This document shows, piece by piece, positions 26,636 through 35,352 of a DNA stretch of 64,000 nucleotides. The stretch is taken from positions 148,563-212,562 of the forward strand of contig JAFEBQ010000012.1 in the NCBI GenBank assembly GCA_018242585.1, given 5' to 3'. The position numbers and the translations under genes are program-made. The DNA is from Planctomycetota bacterium. Lineage in GTDB: Bacteria > Planctomycetota > Planctomycetia > Pirellulales > PNKZ01. Position 1 is the stretch's first letter. Each line of letters starts with the position of its first letter. The notes beneath the pieces are model-generated. The model saw only the letters and a program-made list of their open reading frames with translations, had not been told where the DNA came from and made no database searches.

Positions 26636-27802
26636 ATGGTTGGGCTTCCCCGTGTCGTGGTTCAAGCGATTGCGCGCCCGGCGGTCTTTGCCGCGGCCCT
26701 GGCCGCCTCGCTGTTGGCCAGCGCCAAGTCGCCGGCTCAGGCGATCCCGGCCACACCGGTCGCCGAACCCAACACAACCCTCACGCCGCAACAGCGCGAG
26801 GCCATGTTCGCCAAGCTAGCCAAGGAAGTCGATGAGTTCGAGCGGCAGCAGAACATCCTCAAGACGGTCGTCAAGCTCGTGTCACCTAACGTCGTGCATA
26901 TCGACGCCGAAGTCCGCGAGGCCCCCAACCGATCGTACCAGCGGACCCTCCAGGAGACTGGCTCGGGCGTGATCATTGAACTCAAGGGAAGCTTCTACGT
27001 GCTGACCAATCGGCACGTGGTCCGCAACGCCAAGCTCGAAAACATTGTCATCCGCTTCGACGATGGCCGCTCGGCTCACCCGACCAAGGTTTGGACCGAC
27101 GCCGACACCGACATTGGCGTGCTGGCGATCGAGTTCAAGAGCCTGATCCCCGCGCGCATCGGCAACAGCGACATCCTGGAAATTGGCGACACCGTCGTCG
27201 CCGTTGGCAGCCCGTTCGGCCTCAGCCATTCGGTCACCACCGGGATCATCAGCGCCAAAGGCCGCCGCGACCTTGAACTAGGCGAAGGGGGCGTCCGATT
27301 CCAGGATTTCATTCAGACCGACGCCGCGATCAACCCTGGAAATAGCGGCGGGCCGCTGTTGAATCTGCGCGGCGAGTTGGTGGGCATCAATACCGCCATC
27401 GCCAGCAGCTCGGGCCATTTCGAGGGAATCGGCTTCTCGATCCCCGTGAACATGGCCATGATCGTGGCCCGGCAATTGACCGAACACGGCGTCGTCTCGC
27501 GGGCTTACCTGGGCGTGCGACTCGATTCCAAGTTCAACGCCAACGACGCCGCCAAGATCGGCCTGCCGCGACTGCAAGGGGCTCGGTTGCTGCGGATCGA
27601 GCCAGGTTCCCCGGCCGAGGCCGTCGGTCTGCAAGAAGGGGACGTGATTATGACGTTCAACGGCATCCGCGTGGAAAGCGACACTCACCTGGTCAACCTG
27701 GTCGGGCTGACGGCGGTGGGCACCGAAGTGCCGATCGCCGTCTTTCGCGATCGGAAGCAGTTGAACATGAAGGTCCGTGTCGGCAACGCGAACCCCCAAT
27801 AG
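26636..27802 (+). CDS. HtrA/DegP-type periplasmic serine protease with one PDZ domain
   Basis: I moved the start to ATG 26636, which gives the signal peptide MVGLPRVVVQAIARPAVFAAALAASLLASA. The catalytic triad contexts are LTNRHVV, DTDIGVLAI and GNSGGPLLN. The PDZ block is PAEAVGLQEGDVIMTFNG. Confidence 0.85.
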   Translation: MVGLPRVVVQAIARPAVFAAALAASLLASAKSPAQAIPATPVAEPNTTLTPQQREAMFAKLAKEVDEFERQQNILKTVVKLVSPNVVHIDAEVREAPNRSYQRTLQETGSGVIIELKGSFYVLTNRHVVRNAKLENIVIRFDDGRSAHPTKVWTDADTDIGVLAIEFKSLIPARIGNSDILEIGDTVVAVGSPFGLSHSVTTGIISAKGRRDLELGEGGVRFQDFIQTDAAINPGNSGGPLLNLRGELVGINTAIASSSGHFEGIGFSIPVNMAMIVARQLTEHGVVSRAYLGVRLDSKFNANDAAKIGLPRLQGARLLRIEPGSPAEAVGLQEGDVIMTFNGIRVESDTHLVNLVGLTAVGTEVPIAVFRDRKQLNMKVRVGNANPQ

Positions 27803-27823
27803 CCGGCGCGTAGGCCACGGTGT

Positions 27824-28759
27824 TTAAGCCACGGCGTTTAGTTGCCGCACCAGCGAGTCCAGCAGCCCGGTGGCGTCGACTTCGGTGGCGACGTCAAAGT
27901 TCACCCGCCATTCGCGCTGGGGCCGGCGATCAAAGACCGTCATGCCGCGGGTCAGCTCGCCGTGCAATTCAACATCGCCCGCCATTCGCTCAAAGGTGAA
28001 CCGCTCGGGCTCAATCAGTGCCCACAGCGCCACCACCCCGGGCAGCCAGATGCTCTCCATCCCCTGGTCTTGCCGATAGGCGCGAAACGCCACGGGGAGC
28101 AGATTGCGCAGCACACGTCCCAAGTTCGTCGTCAAGTCGGGCAGTTGGTCCAGGCGGTCGAGCCCAAACGGCACGCGCGTGGTCACGTCGCGCGGCACCA
28201 GCAGCTTGGTCAGCCGAGCGTGGAACAGATCGCGGGCCGCGACGGGATCGAAGAAAATATTGAACTCGGCAGCCGGTGTCACGTTTCCCGGCGCGGCCAA
28301 GGCACCGCCGCCAACGACGGCCCGGTCGATCATGGCGGCCAGCGTGGTATCGCGGCGCAGCGCTTGCCACACATTGGTTAGCGGCCCCAAGCAGACCAGC
28401 GACACTTCGTCCGGCGCGCGGCGAATCTCCTCGGTGATCACCTTTTCGGCCGGGTGCCGATGATGCAAGTCGGCCACCGCCAGGTTCGCGCCACCGAGTC
28501 CATCGGGCCCGTACTGAGCGCTTAGCAAGCGAGCAGCCGGCGCGGCTTCCGGTTCGCTGGCGGCGCCGATGCGCGGCCAGCGGGGGGGATCCAACTGTTC
28601 GACCAGCGCCACTACATTGCGGGTCGCTTGCTCGGCGGAAAGACTTCCCGCCACGGCCGTCACGGCCACGACGTCCAAGCGCGGATCGGTCAGCGCCACG
28701 GTCAGCGCCAGCGCGCCGTCGACGTGGGGGTCGATATCGAGAATCACCTTCCTTCGCAT
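27824..28759 (-). CDS. Inosine-uridine-preferring nucleoside hydrolase family protein (N-terminal Asp cluster degenerate)
   Basis: I moved the start to ATG 28759. MRRKVILDIDPHVDGALALTVAL aligns with the family motif DxDxxxDD but reads DIDPHVDG. The later block is VTAVAGS instead of the usual GN. Confidence 0.7.
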   Translation of the reverse strand: MRRKVILDIDPHVDGALALTVALTDPRLDVVAVTAVAGSLSAEQATRNVVALVEQLDPPRWPRIGAASEPEAAPAARLLSAQYGPDGLGGANLAVADLHHRHPAEKVITEEIRRAPDEVSLVCLGPLTNVWQALRRDTTLAAMIDRAVVGGGALAAPGNVTPAAEFNIFFDPVAARDLFHARLTKLLVPRDVTTRVPFGLDRLDQLPDLTTNLGRVLRNLLPVAFRAYRQDQGMESIWLPGVVALWALIEPERFTFERMAGDVELHGELTRGMTVFDRRPQREWRVNFDVATEVDATGLLDSLVRQLNAVA

Positions 28760-29019
28760 CGTTCGGACGATCTCCGTATCACGATTCACCCCCGGCTGGG
28801 GCGGTTCGGCGCGTCTGGTGGCTCGGCATGCCCCCAGAAGGGCCGCCTGGGCTCGACGCATTGTATAAGAGGACACCGGCCCGTTGGAAGGAAACTTGCC
28901 CCGGTTTTCGCCCCCGACTTGACGTGCAAGATGGAACGCTTATTGTCGGTTGAGGGCCTTGGCTACCCACCTGCGGTTCCTCATCAACTGACCCCGCACC
29001 CGCCAGCGACCGAGCGCGC

Positions 29020-30042
29020 ATGACCGTCAATTCACGGCAGATTTTAGATCGCGTCAACGCGGGAGGGCACCTTTCCCAGGCCGAAACGGCCGACGTGATC
29101 GACTCGATCATGCGTGGCCAGTGGCAGCCCGAGGCGATTGGCGCGTTGCTGCTGGGCCTGCGCCAAAATGGCGAGACGGCCGAGGAAGTGACCGGCGCGG
29201 CCGAGGCGATGCGCCGACACATGACCCCGCTGGAGTCGCGATTTCGCAACCTGGTCGATACTTGTGGCACGGGTGGCGATGGCTCGGCCACGTTCAACAT
29301 CAGCACCGCCGCCGCCCTGGTCACCGCCGCCGCCGGCCAGCCGGTGGCCAAGCACGGCAACCGTCGCGTCACCAGCCGTAGCGGCTCGGCCGACGTGCTA
29401 CAGCAATTGGGCCTGAACATCGAGGCCGGTGTGGCCGAGGTCGAGGGACTGTTAAACGAACTGGGCATTTGTTTCTGCTTTGCCCCGCTTTACCACGGCG
29501 CCATGAAGCAGGTGGGAGCGGTGCGCCAGAGTCTGGGCGTGCCGACGATCTTTAACATCCTGGGACCGCTGGCCAATCCAGCCCGGGCGCCGTTTCAGGT
29601 CGTGGGCGTGGGGCGCGAGGCATTGCGCCCGCTGGTGGCCCATGCGCTACGGAAGCTGGGCACGCAGCGGTCCCTGGTCGTCCGAGGCGAGGACGGGCTC
29701 GACGAGGTAACTTGCTCGGGCACGACCCGCGTTTCTGATGTTACGCCCGAGGGAATCAAGGAATTCGTCTGGCAGCCAGCCGATTTCGGCCTGACCGCCA
29801 GTCCGCTCGACGCCCTGCGCGTTGATGGACCGGAAGCCAGCGCGGCCATGATCGACCGTGTGCTGCGTGGTGAACGCGGCGCGCCGCGCGATGTGGTGGT
29901 GCTGAACTCGGCGGCGGCCCTGTGGGTGACTGGGGCCGAGCGGAGCTTGCCGGCCGCGGCTGAACGCGCCGCGGCGGCCATCGACACCGGCGCGGCCCAC
30001 GCCTTGTTGACGCGGCTGGCCAACCGCTCGCATGGACGTTAA
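29020..30042 (+). CDS. trpD: Anthranilate phosphoribosyltransferase
   Basis: 340 aa with the hallmark blocks DTCGTGGDGSATFNISTAAALV, KHGNRRVTSRSGSADVL and IFNILGPLANP. Confidence 0.9.
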   Translation: MTVNSRQILDRVNAGGHLSQAETADVIDSIMRGQWQPEAIGALLLGLRQNGETAEEVTGAAEAMRRHMTPLESRFRNLVDTCGTGGDGSATFNISTAAALVTAAAGQPVAKHGNRRVTSRSGSADVLQQLGLNIEAGVAEVEGLLNELGICFCFAPLYHGAMKQVGAVRQSLGVPTIFNILGPLANPARAPFQVVGVGREALRPLVAHALRKLGTQRSLVVRGEDGLDEVTCSGTTRVSDVTPEGIKEFVWQPADFGLTASPLDALRVDGPEASAAMIDRVLRGERGAPRDVVVLNSAAALWVTGAERSLPAAAERAAAAIDTGAAHALLTRLANRSHGR

Positions 30043-30089
30043 GCTCGGCGGCATTGCTTTTTTCATTCGCCCAAGGCAGGAACGACGAC

Positions 30090-30734
30090 ATGTCCAAGCC
30101 AACTATCCTCGATCGGCTGCTCGAATCGGGCATTGTCGCCATTCTGCGAGCGCCCGACGGAAACAAGCTGGCCGACGTGGCCGAGGCGCTGTACGCCGGC
30201 GGCGTGACGGGTATCGAAGTCACCTTCACCGTGCCACAGGCGCACCGCGTGCTCGAGCAAGTCGCAAGCCGACTTGGAGATAAAATTACGCTTGGCGCCG
30301 GCACGGTGCTCGATACCGAAACGGCGCGGATCGCGATCCTGTCAGGGGCACAGTTCATCGTCACGCCGGTCGTCCGTCCCGAAGTGATTACCATGTGTCG
30401 TCGCTACGACAAGCCGATCATGCCCGGCGCGATGACTCCGACCGAGATCCTGACCGCCTGGGAAGCCGGGGCCGACGTGGTGAAAGTCTTCCCGTGCGAT
30501 AGCCTGGGACCAAGTTACGTCAAAAACATCCGCGGACCATTGCCCCAGGTGCGACTGATGCCGACCGGCGGCGTGACGCTGGAAAACATCGGGGCGTTCA
30601 TCAAGGCGGGGGCCTGTGCCGTGGGGGTCGGCTCGTCGATGGTCGAGGCCGACGCGATCGCCCGGGGGGATTTCAAGCGGATCGAAACGGTGGCCCGCGA
30701 GTACGTGGACGCGGTTCGCAGCGCCCGGGGCTAA
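30090..30734 (+). CDS. eda: KDPG/KHG aldolase (2-dehydro-3-deoxyphosphogluconate aldolase family)
   Basis: I moved the start to ATG 30090. Family blocks are GIVAILRA, GIEVTFT, GAGTVL, the VVKVFP Schiff-base lysine context and PTGGV. Confidence 0.8.
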   Translation: MSKPTILDRLLESGIVAILRAPDGNKLADVAEALYAGGVTGIEVTFTVPQAHRVLEQVASRLGDKITLGAGTVLDTETARIAILSGAQFIVTPVVRPEVITMCRRYDKPIMPGAMTPTEILTAWEAGADVVKVFPCDSLGPSYVKNIRGPLPQVRLMPTGGVTLENIGAFIKAGACAVGVGSSMVEADAIARGDFKRIETVAREYVDAVRSARG

Positions 30735-30932
30735 TTGCCTTTCGACAACCGTTCGGTGCGCTGCTTCCGCCACACCCCATTGCCAGCAGCTATCACCATT
30801 CCGTAACACCCTACCCCAGCATGGTTTGCGCCGCCGGCAAACTTGCGTCAATCGCTTCCCTCGCCTCAAGACGCAGGCTTTTTACGTCCGATAAATAGAA
30901 GGAGATAGTATCGGCATTTTGGGGGTGAGTGT

Positions 30933-32681
30933 ATGCGTCGGCGGGCGGCCCATTGGTTGGCTTTGGCGTGCGTGGCCGCGTGCTGCGCCAGCGCCCAGGC
31001 CAACGGCCCGGTGCCGATACGAACCCGGACGGTGCCGATCACCTTCAACTTCGACGCCGCCCGGCCGACCGCACTTCCGACCGAAGTGCAATTGGACGTC
31101 TCGGAAGACCGAGGCGCGACCTGGCGGTTTGTCGAGCGCGCCCGAGCCGACGCCCGGCGCTTCATTTTCCAAGCGCCACACGACGGCGAGTTCTGGTTCG
31201 CGGTTCGTTCGCTCGACGCCCAGGGGCGGTTGCATCCCGAAGGCCAGCCGCAACCGAGCTTGCAAGTTCAGATCGATACCGAACTGCCGCAGATCGAACT
31301 CGACGCGCGGCGCGGACCCGCCAACGAAATCGAAATCCGCTGGCGGATTGTCGACGCTGATTTGAAGCGCCAATCATTCAAGCTTTCCTATCAGGCGGCG
31401 GGCGCGGCCGGCGAAGGTTGGCAGCCGATCGCCGTTGACCCGAACCGCTATCAGAACACCGGCGACCGGTTTACCGGCGAGACGACGTTGTGGCCCGATC
31501 GGACCCAGTCGTTGTCGATTCGCGCCGAGATTACCGACGTGGCCGGCAACCGGGCGATTGCCCAAGCCGAGGTCCAAGCCGCCCCACGCCAGCCAACACA
31601 AGTCCCCTTGGCACGCAACGGCGAGCCGATACAAACCGGGCAGCGTCACGTCGCCAGCGGTGAACCAATCGCCGCGCCGCGACCGGAAATGGGCCCGCGC
31701 ATCGACGGCGAAATGATCGGTCGCGGCGTTCCAACGAACAACGTGCCGCACCTGCCGCGGACGTTTCCCGTTTCAAATGGCAACGATCTGCCGACGCCGA
31801 CAACCAGCCAGCGCCCGGCCAACGCGCCGCTCGCGATCACGCCGAACAATTCGGGCTGGTCGCCGATTCGCTCTGAGCGGGCTTCGCCCACGGGGGACTT
31901 GGGACCGATTCGGATGTTGCCTGCCGAGGCACAGGCCGATCGCGCGGTTGAACTGTTGCCCGAGCCGCCGGCCAACCTGGCTGGGCCACGATTGTCGGGC
32001 GCGCCGGCTGCTTCGCAAGGCTCACACCTGCCCGCCGGCGTTCACGCGCCGATGGTCAACAAGCGGCGTTTCGAACTGGCCTATGACATCGCCAGCGTCG
32101 GCCCCGAAGGCGTGTCGAAGGTCGAGTTGTGGATGACCCGCGATGGCGGACTGAATTGGGATCTATGGCAAGCCGACGACGACAATCGCTCGCCGATGGT
32201 CGTCAGCGTGCCCGAAGAGGGAACGTACGGATTCCGCATTGTCGTCGAGACCGCTTCGGGCTTGCGCAGCTCGCTGCCGCGTAGCGGCGATCTGCCCGAG
32301 ATTTGGGTCGGCGTCGATACGACCCCGCCCGAGGCGCAATTGGACGTGGACGTGGCGTCGATGACGGCGCGCCCCGGTGAACTGACCATTCACTGGCACG
32401 CGGCCGATCAGCAATTTGCGGCGCGGCCGATCAGTCTGGCCTATGGCCCCACGGCTCAAGGCCCGTGGACGACGATTGCCGCCGGCCTGGAGAACACCGG
32501 CAAGTACGATTGGCGGCTCGACAGCCGGGTGGCCGACGAGGTGTTCATTCGCCTGGAAGTGCGCGACGAAGCCGGCAACACAACAACCGTAGTGACACCC
32601 AAGGCGGTGTCCATCGAACGGGTGCGGCCGCAAGCCCGGCTGCTGAACGTCCGCCCGGTGATCGACGCCACGGATAAGTAG
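30933..32681 (+). CDS. Secreted hypothetical protein (582 aa)
   Basis: Signal peptide MRRRAAHWLALACVAACCASAQA. Two beta-rich modules ending ...DVAGNRAIAQAEV and ...DEAGNTTTVVTPK are separated by a Pro/Ser-rich linker. I recognise no family. Confidence 0.65.
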   Translation: MRRRAAHWLALACVAACCASAQANGPVPIRTRTVPITFNFDAARPTALPTEVQLDVSEDRGATWRFVERARADARRFIFQAPHDGEFWFAVRSLDAQGRLHPEGQPQPSLQVQIDTELPQIELDARRGPANEIEIRWRIVDADLKRQSFKLSYQAAGAAGEGWQPIAVDPNRYQNTGDRFTGETTLWPDRTQSLSIRAEITDVAGNRAIAQAEVQAAPRQPTQVPLARNGEPIQTGQRHVASGEPIAAPRPEMGPRIDGEMIGRGVPTNNVPHLPRTFPVSNGNDLPTPTTSQRPANAPLAITPNNSGWSPIRSERASPTGDLGPIRMLPAEAQADRAVELLPEPPANLAGPRLSGAPAASQGSHLPAGVHAPMVNKRRFELAYDIASVGPEGVSKVELWMTRDGGLNWDLWQADDDNRSPMVVSVPEEGTYGFRIVVETASGLRSSLPRSGDLPEIWVGVDTTPPEAQLDVDVASMTARPGELTIHWHAADQQFAARPISLAYGPTAQGPWTTIAAGLENTGKYDWRLDSRVADEVFIRLEVRDEAGNTTTVVTPKAVSIERVRPQARLLNVRPVIDATDK

Positions 32682-32809
32682 TTCGCTGTGGCATCAAACG
32701 GCGGGCGTACGCTATCCTAAGGCATCCTGCGCCAATCGCTCGTTAATTAGCTGGCCCCCTGCTCAGGGCCTCTCTTCCGCGGGAACCACTCCAAGAATCG
32801 CGCTACCAA

Positions 32810-33904
32810 GTGTCACGTCCTCACAAACCTGCACCCTGCCCCCCCGCACCGCCGGTTGATTGGAACCTTTGGCTACCGCGAGGGGTTCGCTTTGCTGCCG
32901 TCTTGGGGCAGGTGGCCACGGTGGCCGTGACGTGGGACTTGTGGCAGGTGCGCGAGTTCCCGCCGATGTTGCCCCTGCTGCCCCTGCCGCAGGTCGGGTT
33001 TGCCTTGCTGATGATCGTCACGGCGCTGTGGGTTTTGGCGCAGCCGCGCTGGGGCATGGTGGCGCACCTGGCGACGATCGTGCTGGCGATTGTCTGCGAC
33101 CAGACGCGCGAACAGCCCGAGATCATCTCGATGGCCCTGGTGATGCTCGGCACGCTCGAAGCTCCGTCGGCGCGCTTCGTCGGTCGGGCCCACCTGATGA
33201 CCATGTGGCTGTGGGCCGGCGGGCACAAGCTGCTCAGCGCTGGCTTCTACGATAACGTCGTCCCCTACCTGATGGACCCTTGGCTTGGAGAAGTCTCGGA
33301 CGACCAAACCCGACCGCTGGGCATCGCCATGGCGCTGCCCGAACTGCTGTTCGGCGTGTTGTTGTGGTGGCCGCGACTGCGACGACCGGTGGTCGTGGCG
33401 GCCACGCTGTTTCACCTGGGCATCTTTCTAACCTTATCACCAGTAGGCTTGTACTGGAACGAATCGGTGTGGGCCTGGAACCTGGTGCTCGCCGTGGCTG
33501 GCTGGGGATTGTTCTGGCCGTGGCACGAGCCTGTGATGGTCGACTGGCGGCATGTGGCGCGGTGGGCTCAAGTCGCCGCCGTGCTGCTGCTGGTCTCGCC
33601 GATCGGCTATTACTTTGGCGTGGTCGACGCTTACCTGTCCCACTGCCTGTATTCGGGTAACACGCTCCATGCCGAGACAGTAGGAGCTGAGCCGGGCTTC
33701 GTGTTGCCCGGTGCCACGTGGGAAAAGCTGGCCGTGCCGGTGTCGCCGAGTTACCGCAACTTTCGCACGTATTTCCAGCGGGCGGGCAAGCCGGGACAGA
33801 CGCTGCGGATCACCGACCCACGCTACTTCGCCGATTGGTGGGGCGGGCGCGTGCAAGAAGTTCCGCTCGATGCGCCGTCGGAAAACAAAGACGCGATCAA
33901 GTGA
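32810..33904 (+). CDS. Polytopic membrane protein, unknown function
   Basis: About 8 hydrophobic segments. The GTG start at 32810 is uncertain, and the first in-frame Met lies further in (MLPLLPLPQ). Confidence 0.55.
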   Translation: MSRPHKPAPCPPAPPVDWNLWLPRGVRFAAVLGQVATVAVTWDLWQVREFPPMLPLLPLPQVGFALLMIVTALWVLAQPRWGMVAHLATIVLAIVCDQTREQPEIISMALVMLGTLEAPSARFVGRAHLMTMWLWAGGHKLLSAGFYDNVVPYLMDPWLGEVSDDQTRPLGIAMALPELLFGVLLWWPRLRRPVVVAATLFHLGIFLTLSPVGLYWNESVWAWNLVLAVAGWGLFWPWHEPVMVDWRHVARWAQVAAVLLLVSPIGYYFGVVDAYLSHCLYSGNTLHAETVGAEPGFVLPGATWEKLAVPVSPSYRNFRTYFQRAGKPGQTLRITDPRYFADWWGGRVQEVPLDAPSENKDAIK

Positions 33905-33928
33905 GAGCGTAATCACTGGCAAACACAA

Positions 33929-33953
33929 AGCCCCCGATCATTGACCGGGGGCT
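33929..33953. terminator. Bidirectional terminator-like hairpin between convergent genes
   Basis: An 8-bp stem agcccccg (33929-33936) pairs with cgggggct (33946-33953) around a 9-nt loop. It is flanked by an A-rich run upstream (aaacacaaa) and a T-rich run downstream (aatgtttt). Confidence 0.5.
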
Positions 33954-34001
33954 AATGTTTTGGTGCTGAGTCGGCGAAAGGTTCTGCAACTCGCGAGCCG
34001 A

Positions 34002-35036
34002 CTACTTCGACAAGATGCCCAGTCGCTTACGCTGGCTATCGGTTAGCAACTTCAGCGCCTGGTCGCGGGCTTGTTCCAAGCGCGAATTGGCTTCGACGAG
34101 CAACTTTGCCCGATTACCGCGGCGATCGACTTCGGCCTCGCGCTTCAGCGCTTCGGCGTCTTCCAGGGCCTTTTCCACCAGCGCTGGCAGTTGCCGCCGT
34201 TGCTCGGTCGTAAACTCCAGGCTGTCGGCCACGCGCGGCAGCGCCAAGGCCCCCATGCCCAGCCGGCGATACAACTCGGCCGAATCGGCCGTGGGCCAGC
34301 GGCTGGCATATTGATTCAACTTGGTCAGCGGGCTCGAGGCTGCGTCGAGAATCGTGTGCAACCTCAACTGCTGATCGACGCGGAGCAATTCGACTGCGTG
34401 ATTAAACAATGTTTGCGCATCGTCCTTCGAGTCGCCGCTGGCCAACGCACCAATTGCCCCTTGCTGGGCGCTGGTCAGATCAAGTATCCGAACCATTTCG
34501 TCATTGAGCAGATTGACCACATCCGGACCTTGTCGCAATCGGGCCCGCAGTTCATCGCTCATGCCGTTGTAGGCCGGCAACGCTTGCTTGTCGCTTTCGT
34601 TTGACTTCGACGGCCCAACATATTGCTGATAGGCGAACACCACGGTCAGCGCCGCCAACATGCCCAGCGTGGCGATCGCCAGCCAGGTTCCCTTGCGACG
34701 GGCCACCGGGATGCGGTTCGAATCAGTGATGTCGAACGTGGTGCCGCGTTCGTCATAGCTCAGCTCGCGAACCAGTTCGAGCCCAATCCGTGTCCGTGAA
34801 CCGTCGCGTCCAAAGCGGGCCACTCGCACTTCCAGCCGGCGGTCGCCGACCTGGAAGCGCAACACCTCGCCGACATTCATCTCGTTCAAGTGATCAGCGG
34901 CCACCAGAAAGCCCGTGGCCGATTCGTTAACGACACTGACCGGAATGGCCTCTTTGCCGCGAACCAGCGTGCCGTTCCGCTGATTCGGTGGCAGTGGCGA
35001 TCGAAAGGCGCTGCGGCGATCGGGTTGGGTAGCCAT
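34002..35036 (-). CDS. PilZ-domain protein with a single TM helix and a C-terminal LTXXQ (Spy/CpxP-like) region
   Basis: I moved the start to ATG 35036. The PilZ motifs are RRSAFR (RxxxR) and NESATG (D/NxSxxG). The TM segment is WLAIATLGMLAALTVVFAY. The C-terminal helical region carries LTSAQQ and LTDSQRKRL. Confidence 0.7.
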   Translation of the reverse strand: MATQPDRRSAFRSPLPPNQRNGTLVRGKEAIPVSVVNESATGFLVAADHLNEMNVGEVLRFQVGDRRLEVRVARFGRDGSRTRIGLELVRELSYDERGTTFDITDSNRIPVARRKGTWLAIATLGMLAALTVVFAYQQYVGPSKSNESDKQALPAYNGMSDELRARLRQGPDVVNLLNDEMVRILDLTSAQQGAIGALASGDSKDDAQTLFNHAVELLRVDQQLRLHTILDAASSPLTKLNQYASRWPTADSAELYRRLGMGALALPRVADSLEFTTEQRRQLPALVEKALEDAEALKREAEVDRRGNRAKLLVEANSRLEQARDQALKLLTDSQRKRLGILSK

Positions 35037-35352
35037 GATCTTCTGCCCGGAGCTCGCGCTTCGGGCCTGAATCAACAAAGAATCCGTGGTCGTTTTCGTC
35101 CACTAGTCGACCTTGCTGTCTTCACGCAAGCTCGACTTTGGACAAACGTAGGTCACCACTGGCGCCGCATTCGACAAACCAGATGGGGTGGTTTGCTTTT
35201 GCCGGCGAGAAACCGCCGCCCGTCGCTAATGTCGGCACAACCGGCATCGGCGGCATGACACTTTGTCGTTGCTCGGTGTCTGGCGACACGCCAGCCTGCA
35301 TTCTACCGACTGTTGGGCGGCAAGCGAGAATGCCCCGCCGCGCCAGGCGCGC

